A DNA stretch of 64,000 nt from Acidobacteriota bacterium (GCA_030697165.1 JAUYQQ010000004.1:205390-269389), one strand, 5' to 3'. Numbered from the stretch's first letter, positions 43,738 to 51,888 are shown. The notes: generated by a model from the sequence alone, not told the origin. Numbers and translations are program-made.

Positions 43738-45002
43738 GCTGCCACCGTCGCCTTCTGCTCGCCGTCTTCGTGCCCGGCGGCGGTGTCGTTGGCGTAGTCG
43801 CGCGCGGCCTCCGCGTGCACGACAGGGTCGGCAATCTGCTCGAGCTTCGCCAGCTTGTCGAGCACGCCCTGGCTGGCGACGGCGCCCGACAGCTCGCACC
43901 AGGCGGCGACCTTCAGCGGCAACGTCTTCGCCGCGGCCACTTCAGGAGCGCGCAGCGCACGGTCAGGGACGACGATCGGATCGAGTGTCAGCAGCGCCTC
44001 GGCGAACTCGGCCAGGACGTGGGCCTTCTCGACGACGGCCGCTTCGGATTGCTTGATGCGGTACCGGGCGCGGACCTCGCAGCCCTTCCAAGATGCCGGC
44101 CGCTCCTTAAGCTCGCCGCCGGGCCCAGCCGTCACCTGGTAGGTGAAGCCCTCACGCGTCAGGTCGCCCTCGACGTGATACATGGGCGCGACGTCGATCC
44201 CGTGAGTCGTGACCATGTAGCTCCAGAGGTTCCCCGCCGGCTGCACCAGCGGGTCCTGGAAGGCGCTGACCTCAAGCCACCCCTTGGCTTCAATCTCGCC
44301 GAAGTTCAGCCGGCAGATCGAGCCCGGGTAGTGCGCGCCGTGAATCTCCTGCGCCTTGTGAATGTGGTTCAGCCCCTTGTAGATGGGGCCGAGCCGGTCC
44401 AGGTGCCGCGGCGACAGTTCAATCTCGCGGCCGATGTTCGGCTGGCCGCTCGAGGTGACGGCGCCGCCGACGTTGGCGTGACCGATGAACAGCGTCAGGT
44501 CACCCTTTGCCCGGGCGTCATCGAGCTCGACTTCGAACTGCATGAAGATGGCGTCGAGGGCGTTGGCCGCTTCGTCGACGATGTCGGGATTGGCCACGCC
44601 GGCGAGCACCAGGCCGTGCTTGTGCGGATACGGCAGGCAGGCGATCGATGCGAACGCCATGTTGGCCAGGCGGATGCGCAGGACCTCCGGACGGTCGACG
44701 ACGTAGATTGGGTTGCCGTTCGACACGCTCGCGAACTTGTCCAGGTCGCCGGGCTGGTCGTGGTTGCCATAGACCAGCACCACCGGCGCCGCGGCCGACA
44801 TCCGGCGCAGCCGGGCGATCAGCGCGTTCTCGTCGTCGATGGTCTGCCGCTGGTGGCTGAGGTCGCCCGGCCACAACCAGGCGCCGAGGGATGGCAGCGC
44901 CAACCCCTCGGCAATCAACTGGTCGAGCGCCCGGTACCGGGCGGCGTTGCGCGGCCCGGGCCCGGCGTGAAAGTCCCCGATGTGAACGAGGGAGGTGGCC
45001 AT
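43734..45002 (-). CDS. SbcD/Mre11-like metallophosphoesterase nuclease
   Basis: Phosphoesterase motifs are present in order: IGDFH, WPGDL, YGNHD, FIGHANV, LNHIH. Confidence 0.8.
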   Translation of the reverse strand: MATSLVHIGDFHAGPGPRNAARYRALDQLIAEGLALPSLGAWLWPGDLSHQRQTIDDENALIARLRRMSAAAPVVLVYGNHDQPGDLDKFASVSNGNPIYVVDRPEVLRIRLANMAFASIACLPYPHKHGLVLAGVANPDIVDEAANALDAIFMQFEVELDDARAKGDLTLFIGHANVGGAVTSSGQPNIGREIELSPRHLDRLGPIYKGLNHIHKAQEIHGAHYPGSICRLNFGEIEAKGWLEVSAFQDPLVQPAGNLWSYMVTTHGIDVAPMYHVEGDLTREGFTYQVTAGPGGELKERPASWKGCEVRARYRIKQSEAAVVEKAHVLAEFAEALLTLDPIVVPDRALRAPEVAAAKTLPLKVAAWCELSGAVASQGVLDKLAKLEQIADPVVHAEAARDYANDTAAGHEDGEQKATVAA

Positions 45003-45005
45003 GGC

Positions 45006-46112
45006 TTAGGTGTTCTCCATGTCCGGCAGCCGCGGCGACTGGCCGGCCGGCGAGATCTCGACCAGGTTGCGGTAGTTGCCGTTCTGCTCGATGGACAGCT
45101 CGACCCACGCCTTGCTCGCGCGCGCGGCGATCGCGGCCTCGGCGAGCTTGGTGTCGAAGGTCGAGCACACCTCACCGTTGCTGTCGACGACGTCGAAGCG
45201 CTTCCACGGCCGCTTCGTCTTGTCGTTGACGCCCGACTTCTCGTTGACCTCTTCGATACGGACCGCACCCTCGACCGGCGGCTGGTTCGGGTCTGGTGTT
45301 TCGACCTTGGCGGTCTCGCTGGCGGCGCCGCTGCCAACGGTGCGCGGCTGCTCGTCGACGACGTCCGCATCGACGATGTCGTTGATCGGCGCCGCCGGCA
45401 GCGCGGGCGTCCCGTAGAGCGCGGACGTCCCCCGCATGGCGTTTTCAGCCACCATGCGCATCTGCTCCGGGTCGTTCGGGTTCGGCTGCCAGGCGACGCG
45501 CAGCACCAGGAACGGCTTCGCGAGCTCCTGCTGCGAGTACTTCTGCTTGATGCCGAACTCGCGGATCGCGGCGTTGATGGCGCGGGTCTCGGCATTGCGA
45601 AGGCCGTTCTTCCGTCCCTCAACGATCTGTGCCGGCTTCCAGCCGTTCAGCCGCGGCGATCCTTCGCGCAGGTCCCATTCGGCGGTCGCCTCGCGCGTCA
45701 CGACCGTGCCGTCGATACCACGGTAGGTCGCGATTGCCTTGAACTCCCAGAGGAAGGGAATGGTTCGCGGGTCTGTGCGCTGCGTCGTGATGCTGATGCC
45801 GGCGCCCTCGGCAATCTTCCGGAGGCCGATCTTGGCGAGCGCGACTTCGCCCTGGCCGAGAAACGGTAGGCCGTCGTAGACCTCGCCCGGGCCGCCCTTG
45901 GCCGGGTTGGCGTTGATCTTGACGACGCTGGCGATGATGCCGTGCTGCGGCGCCATGCCGGTGATCTGCGTGAACGGCGACAGCAGGTTGTAGTTGCCCG
46001 TCCACTTCTGGATCGCCGCCGTGAAATCGTCGGGGCGCGTGATGACCTCGGGCGTCTTCACATCGCTGGCCTTCGCGATCTGCGTTGGCTGGGTCTGGGT
46101 GTCTGTCGCCAT
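45006..46112 (-). CDS. putative single-strand annealing protein (Rad52/Erf-like) with C-terminal extra domain
   Basis: ...GRKNGLRNAETRAINAAIREFGIKQKY resembles the conserved A.(S/T).A..RA...FGI motif of Erf/Sak/Rad52-type SSAPs. It lies immediately upstream of the SbcCD-like pair. Confidence 0.4.
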   Translation of the reverse strand: MATDTQTQPTQIAKASDVKTPEVITRPDDFTAAIQKWTGNYNLLSPFTQITGMAPQHGIIASVVKINANPAKGGPGEVYDGLPFLGQGEVALAKIGLRKIAEGAGISITTQRTDPRTIPFLWEFKAIATYRGIDGTVVTREATAEWDLREGSPRLNGWKPAQIVEGRKNGLRNAETRAINAAIREFGIKQKYSQQELAKPFLVLRVAWQPNPNDPEQMRMVAENAMRGTSALYGTPALPAAPINDIVDADVVDEQPRTVGSGAASETAKVETPDPNQPPVEGAVRIEEVNEKSGVNDKTKRPWKRFDVVDSNGEVCSTFDTKLAEAAIAARASKAWVELSIEQNGNYRNLVEISPAGQSPRLPDMENT

Positions 46113-46114
46113 GG

Positions 46115-46600
46115 CTACATCACCTCCGTCGTCGCGGGTTCGAGGTTCGCCAGGTCGACGCCGGCGTGCGCCACCGGCGCCGGCGGCGTAAGGCTAGCCA
46201 GGTCCTTCTGCACGAGCGCGCGCATCAGGTCGACGGTGTCGGGGTGGCGCTTGCCGGCCAGGTGATCGCGGAAGACCTGGAAGGCGCGGATGAAGCCCTT
46301 CACCACTTCGGCGCGCTGTTGCCGCGTGAAGTTGGTCAGACCCGCCGGCGTGAGCTGCTCGGCCGCGTCGTAAATGGCGGGGCGCAGCCGCTCCTGGTCA
46401 TTCAGGAGCGCGGTCGCCGTCGCGGTCGCGAGGTAGGTCTCCTGCACCACCGGCGGCAGCGCGTCGAAGTCCGCGCCGACGTCACGCCGGTCGAACCGAT
46501 AGAGCTCGGCCGCGATCCGACGGACGTGCTTGGACATCGCCACCTGGTCGGCGAAGCCTTGTGATGAATTGTTGGTTGATGGCATACTTCCGTTCGTCAC
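46115..46600 (-). CDS. hypothetical protein
   Basis: Track ORF is 46115..46681. I prefer the GTG at 46600, which is preceded by GAGGAGG at a good spacing. Confidence 0.4.
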   Translation of the reverse strand: MTNGSMPSTNNSSQGFADQVAMSKHVRRIAAELYRFDRRDVGADFDALPPVVQETYLATATATALLNDQERLRPAIYDAAEQLTPAGLTNFTRQQRAEVVKGFIRAFQVFRDHLAGKRHPDTVDLMRALVQKDLASLTPPAPVAHAGVDLANLEPATTEVM

Positions 46601-46662
46601 TGTCGTTACCTCCTCGAGGGCCGCGTCTTCAGCGCGGCCTTCGTTGTTTCCGCCCACTCCCC

Positions 46663-46914
46663 TTACGCGAACTTGTTCCACCCTTTCAGCCGGCCGCCGG
46701 TCCGCGGCGCCACGCGATCGACGGCCTGCAGTGCGGTGTCAACCGGCTTGTGCGCGAGGCGCTGCCGCAACTGCTCGACGGCGTTCGGCCGAAAGCGCCA
46801 ATCCCGGCCCAGGCGATACGCGGGCAGCGTGCCGGCCGCGGCCAGCCGTCGCACCTTCTTCGGCGAGCACTGCAGTTCACTCGCGACCTCCGTCACCGTG
46901 CGATCGGGGGTCAT
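46663..46914 (-). CDS. excisionase-family (MerR/AlpA-like) HTH protein
   Basis: TVTEVASELQCSPKKVRRLAAAGTLPAYRLGRDWRFRPNAVEQL is the classic helix-turn-helix plus wing of Xis-type binders. Confidence 0.6.
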   Translation of the reverse strand: MTPDRTVTEVASELQCSPKKVRRLAAAGTLPAYRLGRDWRFRPNAVEQLRQRLAHKPVDTALQAVDRVAPRTGGRLKGWNKFA

Positions 46915-47444
46915 GACCTGTTTCTCAGCGGCACGGATGCACGCGTTGTAAGAAGGGCGCTGCGCTTGACGGTGGCCTTCAGCCGCAGCGCGGCCTCGAC
47001 CATGTCGTCAATCTCGCGGTTGATGGTTGGGAGTTCATCAGCCGTGATGCCGCCGCCGGTGCGCAGCGCCCGATCGATCGCCGAGACGGCTTCGCTCAGT
47101 TCCTTGGTCTGTTCGCTGATCGCGCTGACCAAGGCGGCGTCGGCCGAATCGACGACCGTCGGCGGACGGAAGAAGAAGCCGCCCACGCGAGCGGCATAGA
47201 AACGCGCGACTGCATCGTTGTCCGCGGTGCGGTCGAGAATGGAGGCCTGACGCCGCGCCGGCACCCAGGCGTCGTCGCGATCCGGATTCACCATCGCGGT
47301 CAGCGTCTTCTCGTGGATGCCCTCTTTACCGGCGATGACGTCGACCGCGTCCTTCGCGTGCATCACCTGGCAGTGCCAGGCCTCGCGCTCGGTGGCGGGT
47401 TCACACCGGTGGCCAGCGCGGCATGTGGCACGCGAGTTAGTCAT
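46911..47444 (-). CDS. CII-like phage regulatory protein (CP76-like)
   Basis: ...DVIAGKEGIHEKTLTAMVNPDRD...ILDRTADNDAVARFYAARVGGFFFRPP...EQTKELSEAVSAIDRALRTGGGITADELPTINREIDDM. The layout resembles P2-group CII (CP76) regulators. Start is an ATGA overlap. Confidence 0.4.
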   Translation of the reverse strand: MTNSRATCRAGHRCEPATEREAWHCQVMHAKDAVDVIAGKEGIHEKTLTAMVNPDRDDAWVPARRQASILDRTADNDAVARFYAARVGGFFFRPPTVVDSADAALVSAISEQTKELSEAVSAIDRALRTGGGITADELPTINREIDDMVEAALRLKATVKRSALLTTRASVPLRNRS

Positions 47445-47725
47445 CGCAGCCCCGCACTTTCGACCGTCTCTTCGCTTGCGATGACGGGCTGACAAGCCGT
47501 CGCCACGGTGGCAATCTCTTCCCCGAGATGAATAACCGGAACAGCACCGAAGCGATGCAGCAACGGGAGGAGGTAGTCAAAACCGCCGATAGTGACTACG
47601 CGATGAGGCTCGCGCTGACGGAGGCGCTGCTGCTGATTGACCTGCGGCAGCGCCAGCTGCGAAAGGCCGTCGCCAGTTACCGAGAGGTTCGGGAGCACGC
47701 GCTCGAGGCGTCCGCGTGACATCAC
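47441..47725 (-). CDS. hypothetical early protein
   Basis: A 94-aa ORF whose ATG overlaps the stop of the cro-like gene (ATGA). Confidence 0.4.
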   Translation of the reverse strand: MMSRGRLERVLPNLSVTGDGLSQLALPQVNQQQRLRQREPHRVVTIGGFDYLLPLLHRFGAVPVIHLGEEIATVATACQPVIASEETVESAGLR

Positions 47726-47988
47726 GCCACCCTCGATGGAAAGAGGTCCTCAATCGAGCAGCCGAGGAACTCAGCCAGTTTGCGGGCCGTAGGCAGCGAG
47801 ACGTCCTTGACGTGCCCACGGCACACGTTGCTGAGGTGCGGCTCGGTGATGTCGAGCGCCACAGCCACACTCCGCTGGGTCAGACCCGCCAGCCGGATGG
47901 CCGCAGCAACCCGGTTGGGGCCGTCATTTGCGCTAGACCGCAACGCTTCGAGCTGGTCAGATTCGAGCACGGCGTAATATTGCGTCAA
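47722..47988 (-). CDS. Cro-like XRE-family HTH regulator (first gene of the early/lytic operon)
   Basis: AAAIRLAGLTQRSVAVALDITEPHLSNVCRGHVKDVSLPTARKLAEFLGCSIEDLF. TTG start, divergent from the repressor gene. Confidence 0.75.
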   Translation of the reverse strand: MTQYYAVLESDQLEALRSSANDGPNRVAAAIRLAGLTQRSVAVALDITEPHLSNVCRGHVKDVSLPTARKLAEFLGCSIEDLFPSRVA

Positions 47989-48054
47989 GGCGTAATTACT
48001 GTCAAGCGCAATTTAACGGTGGACTGTAATTGGCTGGATTACGTCAGGACGTAA
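47971..48054. promoter_or_regulatory. immunity-switch intergenic region with repeated operator-like sites
   Basis: An AT-rich 66-bp gap plus the first codons of cro. GGCGTAAT occurs at 47971 and 47989, GTCAAG at 47984 and 48001, and an exact palindrome TTACGTC-ag-GACGTAA lies at 48039-48054, abutting the repressor start codon. Confidence 0.5.
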
Positions 48055-48798
48055 GTGGAGACTTGCCTTGCTTTGCCGACAATAGGCGGGAATATCAGGG
48101 AAGCTCGCAAGCGAGCCGGCTTCGAAACAGGGAAGGCCTTCGCTGCAGCGATGGGCGTCGATGGCTCACGGGTCAGCGAATGGGAAACGGACACCTACCA
48201 GCCCAGCCTGGACACGCTGCTGAAGATCGCGACTTTCCTGCACTGCTCGATTGACGAGCTGCTGAATGGCGTAAACCAGGGATATGAAGCCGCGCGCCGC
48301 GCGTTTGGCCCCCGCGCCTCGACGGTCAATGACGGAATCGAAGCAGTCGTGATGGATGACGACGTCGGCGCCGGCTATCTGCGCAACGACATTCCAGTGA
48401 TCGCCGAAGGAGATGCCTCTCCTGGGCCAAACCTGTTCTGGGACGAGGAAGGCCTCAAGTCGGACGTGGAAGACCGCATCTCTCGGCCCTACGACGTTCG
48501 AGATCAGCGAGCCTACGGCGTGCGCGTACGCGGCGACTCGATGGTGCCCCGCTATCGTCCTGGAGAGGTACTCGTGGTGTCGCCGCACACTCCGGTCGAG
48601 GATGGTGACGAGGTCTACGTGGCGCTTCTATCAGGTGAGCGTTTGTTAAAGATCGCTCGCAAGTCGCCTGGTGGATGGATTCTTGAATCAGAGAACCGCG
48701 CCTATCCTGCGCGGTTCGTGAAAAAGGGTGAAGTCGGGACGATGCACCCAATTCTCTGGATCAGGCCAGCCCGCCGGTCGCGCGGTGATCGCAAGTGA
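48055..48798 (+). CDS. CI-type repressor: XRE HTH plus S24 (LexA-like) autopeptidase domain
   Basis: N-terminus IGGNIREARKRAGFETGKAFAAAMGVDGSRVSEWETDTYQPSLDTLLKIATFLHCSIDELL. C-terminus YGVRVRGDSMVPRYRPGEVLVVSP...DEVYVALLSGERLLKIARK (Ser/Lys dyad context). An alternative TTG start at 48073 is possible. Confidence 0.85.
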   Translation: METCLALPTIGGNIREARKRAGFETGKAFAAAMGVDGSRVSEWETDTYQPSLDTLLKIATFLHCSIDELLNGVNQGYEAARRAFGPRASTVNDGIEAVVMDDDVGAGYLRNDIPVIAEGDASPGPNLFWDEEGLKSDVEDRISRPYDVRDQRAYGVRVRGDSMVPRYRPGEVLVVSPHTPVEDGDEVYVALLSGERLLKIARKSPGGWILESENRAYPARFVKKGEVGTMHPILWIRPARRSRGDRK

Positions 48799-49073
48799 GC
48801 TGGGCCTCGACTGTCAACCTTGTGTGCCATGGTGATCGGACCACAATGAAAACCACTACCGGAGACGTCATCATCTGCCAGAAGCCAGGGATTACCGTTC
48901 GACTTGTCGCAGTCGTCTTGAACGATGGCGACGCCCCTGACGACGTTCGATACTGGCGGCCCGAAGGGCGGGTGAGCGCAGAGGACTTCGCGCGCGCGAC
49001 GATCGCAAATACGGGCGGCAAGATTTTCCGCTGGGACGGCCACTGCCAGTTCGAGCGGATCGACAACGACTAA
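48795..49073 (+). CDS. hypothetical protein
   Basis: GTG overlaps the repressor stop (GTGA). An alternative ATG lies at 48846 (MKTTTGDVIICQ...). Confidence 0.35.
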   Translation: MSWASTVNLVCHGDRTTMKTTTGDVIICQKPGITVRLVAVVLNDGDAPDDVRYWRPEGRVSAEDFARATIANTGGKIFRWDGHCQFERIDND

Positions 49074-49185
49074 AGAGGTTGGTAGGACAACAACGTTCGT
49101 GTAGTTGATTGCTGAAACCGTGCGCCGTGCTGCCACCAGCAGCAGACCGCCCCCCTGCGGCGCGCACTTTTTCAGAGGTAGACCC

Positions 49186-49401
49186 ATGACTCGGAGACAG
49201 CTACTCGCGTTCGTCGTAGGGACCGCATTCGGCGCGGCCTTCATTCCGGGCCCCGTACGCGCGGCGACCTGCACCGGCGCCAACCCCTGCAATGCGTGCA
49301 AGAACTGTTCGTCATGTAAACGTTGTGCCAAGGATGGCAAGACCTGCGGCACCTGCAAGCGCGCCATGGACGTGTCGCACTTCGAGCTGAGGACTACATA
49401 A
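49186..49401 (+). CDS. secreted cysteine-rich microprotein (twin-arginine-like signal, 8 Cys in 29 residues)
   Basis: AGAGG lies 7 nt before the ATG. Signal MTRRQLLAFVVGTAFGAAFIPGPVRAA, then TCTGANPCNACKNCSSCKRCAKDGKTCGTCKRAM.... Confidence 0.5.
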   Translation: MTRRQLLAFVVGTAFGAAFIPGPVRAATCTGANPCNACKNCSSCKRCAKDGKTCGTCKRAMDVSHFELRTT

Positions 49402-49402
49402 C

Positions 49403-50140
49403 ATGCTGAAGATTACCCCTATTGCCGTCGGCCTATCTTTCGCGCTTCAGTTCCTGGTCGGCACTCCATCCGACGGCGGACCGATCCGAGTGGCCGTGCC
49501 TGGCCATGCCGCAGGCGACGTGCTACTCATCGGCGTTGAGACGATCGACACGCCTGAATGCGCAGGAGTGGTCGAGAAGGAAGTCGCGTTGTGGAACATC
49601 AGAACGAAGGTCGTGCCTGACTCGACCTCGGCTGAAGCCGTGTATGTCGAAGCCCCCAACGGCATCACGCTCAATGAACGGGCTGCGTGGACGGGGTGCG
49701 CGAGAGTCAGCGGCAATAATTTTGACCGATCGCGAACACTGCGATCCGCCTGGATGTCCGCCCAGACGTTGAGCCGAGGATTCTACGCAGTACGCGCGGT
49801 GACGGCCGCTGAACTTGCCGCCCTGAAAGGTCTATCCTCGCCGCCTGCGTCAGTGGCCACTGGTGCGGGTTGGACCGGCAGCGGTTCGAAGGACACCGAG
49901 AGCTTCGAGATGTCGGGGGAATGGCGAATTGTCTGGTCTGCCGTGCCTTCGTCAAGCGTCGGCGGCGTCCTCTCGGTAACCGTGCATAACGCCAACGACA
50001 ACAGCATCGTCAACACGATGTCGTCTGGCCGCATCAGCACTGCTACGCAGGATCAGTCGGTGGTCCGCACGCCTCCCGGGCGATACTACCTCTCGATCAA
50101 CTCCGCCAACATGACCTGGCGCGTGGCCGTCAGCCGATAG
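49403..50140 (+). CDS. secreted hypothetical protein
   Basis: Starts 1 nt after the previous stop. N-terminus MLKITPIAVGLSFALQFLVGTP is signal-like, and the body is beta-rich. Confidence 0.5.
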   Translation: MLKITPIAVGLSFALQFLVGTPSDGGPIRVAVPGHAAGDVLLIGVETIDTPECAGVVEKEVALWNIRTKVVPDSTSAEAVYVEAPNGITLNERAAWTGCARVSGNNFDRSRTLRSAWMSAQTLSRGFYAVRAVTAAELAALKGLSSPPASVATGAGWTGSGSKDTESFEMSGEWRIVWSAVPSSSVGGVLSVTVHNANDNSIVNTMSSGRISTATQDQSVVRTPPGRYYLSINSANMTWRVAVSR

Positions 50141-50144
50141 GGCC

Positions 50145-50366
50145 ATGAAGCCGAGCTCGAAGCCAAAAGTAGCCGGCCGCATCATCCCCGCCCCGCCTGG
50201 CACGCGCGTCGTCCAGGCTGGCGGGGGCTTTACTCTGACCATGCGATCGACGGCTGCGATGGACGAAGCGGCGGTACAGAGCCGGAAGGTCCGCATCCTC
50301 GAAGCACTCCAAGACGCCGTTCGAGCGATCGACGCCGGCGAGCTCGAGCCACCCGATGGCGACTAA
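50145..50366 (+). CDS. hypothetical protein
   Basis: A 73-aa ORF that overlaps the next gene start by 11 nt. Confidence 0.35.
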   Translation: MKPSSKPKVAGRIIPAPPGTRVVQAGGGFTLTMRSTAAMDEAAVQSRKVRILEALQDAVRAIDAGELEPPDGD

Positions 50367-51198
50367 GGCTGTCTACGCGGCCGACGGGTTACTGGCACGT
50401 GACTCTGGGCCCTGGGCCAAAGAGAAGCTCACACATGTCCGGCGCTACATGGACATGGTGATCACGTCGATGCTCGGGAAGTGGGATGGCGGCGTGGTCT
50501 TTATCGACCTCATGGCCGGGCCCGGCATCTGCGTTGACCGCACCGACCAATCGGAGTTCATCGGCTCGCCGCTACTCGCCCTGAACACCAAGAAGGCGTG
50601 GACGCAGATCTATCTCGTCGAACTTGATGTTCAGCTGCGCCAGGCGCTCGAGCAGCGCGTCGCCCAACAGCCTCGCAGCAACACCGTGCAGATTATCGCC
50701 GGCGACAGCAACAGCGCGGGGGTCATCGCGCGGTTGCGCACCGCTTCCGAGGGTGCGCTCGCGGTCGCATTTGTGGATCTCATTGGCCAGGAAATCGCCT
50801 TCGACACCATTCGCCAGCTGACGACCGGCCGCAGCATCGACCTGTGGTTTAGTTTTCCGGAGCTCGACCTGCGAAGGAACGCCACATTGGCCCCGCGTGA
50901 CATGGACCACGCCGCCAGATGGACGCGCTTCTTTGGAACCGAGGAGTGGCGCCCGATCGTAGAGCAGCGTCGACCGAGAGCAGCGCTGGTCGAACTCCTG
51001 AAACTCTATCGCCGGCAGCTCGAGGCGCTCGGCTACATCACCGAGGTCAGCAAGCTACCGATGAAGAACTCCTTGGGCGCCACGATGTATCGGCCGCTCT
51101 TTGCCTCGAAGAACGCGCGGGGGATCGACTTTTTTCACAAGTCGCTGTTGCGAGACGCCGGCGCGCCCAAGCCCGCTACGCTCTTCGACCTCGGGTAG
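50356..51198 (+). CDS. tcmP: three-Cys-motif partner protein TcmP-like
   Basis: GPWAKEKLTHVRRYMDMVITSM...VVFIDLMAGPGICV...FIGSPLLALN...IYLVELD...LFASKNARG matches my memory of the TcmP family pattern (W..eK...l..Y...; iDlfAGpG; GSp..al). It is adjacent to a DUF5131 gene. Confidence 0.6.
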   Translation: MATKAVYAADGLLARDSGPWAKEKLTHVRRYMDMVITSMLGKWDGGVVFIDLMAGPGICVDRTDQSEFIGSPLLALNTKKAWTQIYLVELDVQLRQALEQRVAQQPRSNTVQIIAGDSNSAGVIARLRTASEGALAVAFVDLIGQEIAFDTIRQLTTGRSIDLWFSFPELDLRRNATLAPRDMDHAARWTRFFGTEEWRPIVEQRRPRAALVELLKLYRRQLEALGYITEVSKLPMKNSLGATMYRPLFASKNARGIDFFHKSLLRDAGAPKPATLFDLG

Positions 51199-51888
51199 GT
51201 CATGCCAACGCCGACCGTCCAGGAGCGCTTCATCACCGCCACGCTTCGACGGGTGGCCACCCAGCTGCTTGAGGAAGAACTTCGCACCGGCTGCCTTGGA
51301 CGATCGCCGCAGCTCCCGGAACCATTCGAGCTTCGCCGGGCGCGCGCCGGTCTGACTCTCGCCGCCGGCGATCAGCCAATGAATGCCGGTCAGGTCGAGC
51401 GTGGCCAGCGAGCCGAGCAGGGGCTCAGCCGAGATGAAGCGCACGGCCGCCGGCACCTTGCGGAGGTAGTCAGCGCGCCACAGGAACTTGTCGGTCTCGA
51501 TCGACACGCCCATCCAGACATTCGCCGGCCAGGGCAGCGTCGGCGCCAGGCGCGCCAGCCGCTCCGCGCGCTTCGTCAGGACTTGGAACGTGTGCTGCGG
51601 GCAGTCGACCATGACCTGGAAGACCTGGCGGATGTAGGCGTCCGGCACGTCCTTGTGAAACAGGTCCGACATCGAGTTGACGAACACCACGCGCGGCCGC
51701 TTCCAGCGCTTCGGCAGCTCGAGCAGGTGCGGCTTCAACGTGAGTGTGAACCCATTCGGGAACGTGTTCGGGAAGCGCAGGGCGACCCGTTTGGCGTAGC
51801 AGAGGTCACACCCCGGCGACACCTCCGTGCAACCGGTGACGGGATTCCACGTCGCCTCGGTCCATTCAATCCCGGAGTGGTCGGCCAT
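51055..51888 (-). CDS. DUF5131 (phage Gp37/Gp68) three-Cys-motif protein
   Basis: Start at MADHSGIEWTEATWNPVTGCTEVSPGCDLCYA, the hallmark N-terminus. Also ...VFVNSMSDLFH..., ...FISAEPLLG... and ...LLDGRRWHDLPE. The last ~45 codons are Arg-rich and antisense to tcmP. Confidence 0.8.
   Translation of the reverse strand: MADHSGIEWTEATWNPVTGCTEVSPGCDLCYAKRVALRFPNTFPNGFTLTLKPHLLELPKRWKRPRVVFVNSMSDLFHKDVPDAYIRQVFQVMVDCPQHTFQVLTKRAERLARLAPTLPWPANVWMGVSIETDKFLWRADYLRKVPAAVRFISAEPLLGSLATLDLTGIHWLIAGGESQTGARPAKLEWFRELRRSSKAAGAKFFLKQLGGHPSKRGGDEALLDGRRWHDLPEVEERSGLGRAGVSQQRLVKKVDPPRVLRGKERPIHRGAQGVLHR

Noticed and set aside
43770-45869. Very long antisense ORFs. Examples: 43770..45869 (+, 699 aa), 58880..60145 (-, 421 aa), 54504..55733 (-, 409 aa), 51958..53082 (-, 374 aa), 20728..21963 (+, 411 aa), 36089..37474 (+, 461 aa), 38046..39263 (+, 405 aa)
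   Set aside because: These are typical high-GC shadow ORFs. They have extreme Arg/Gly/Asp/Val content and no motifs, and each lies opposite a gene with clear family motifs (SbcD-like, ilvB, leuA, integrase, capsid, ParB, helicase).
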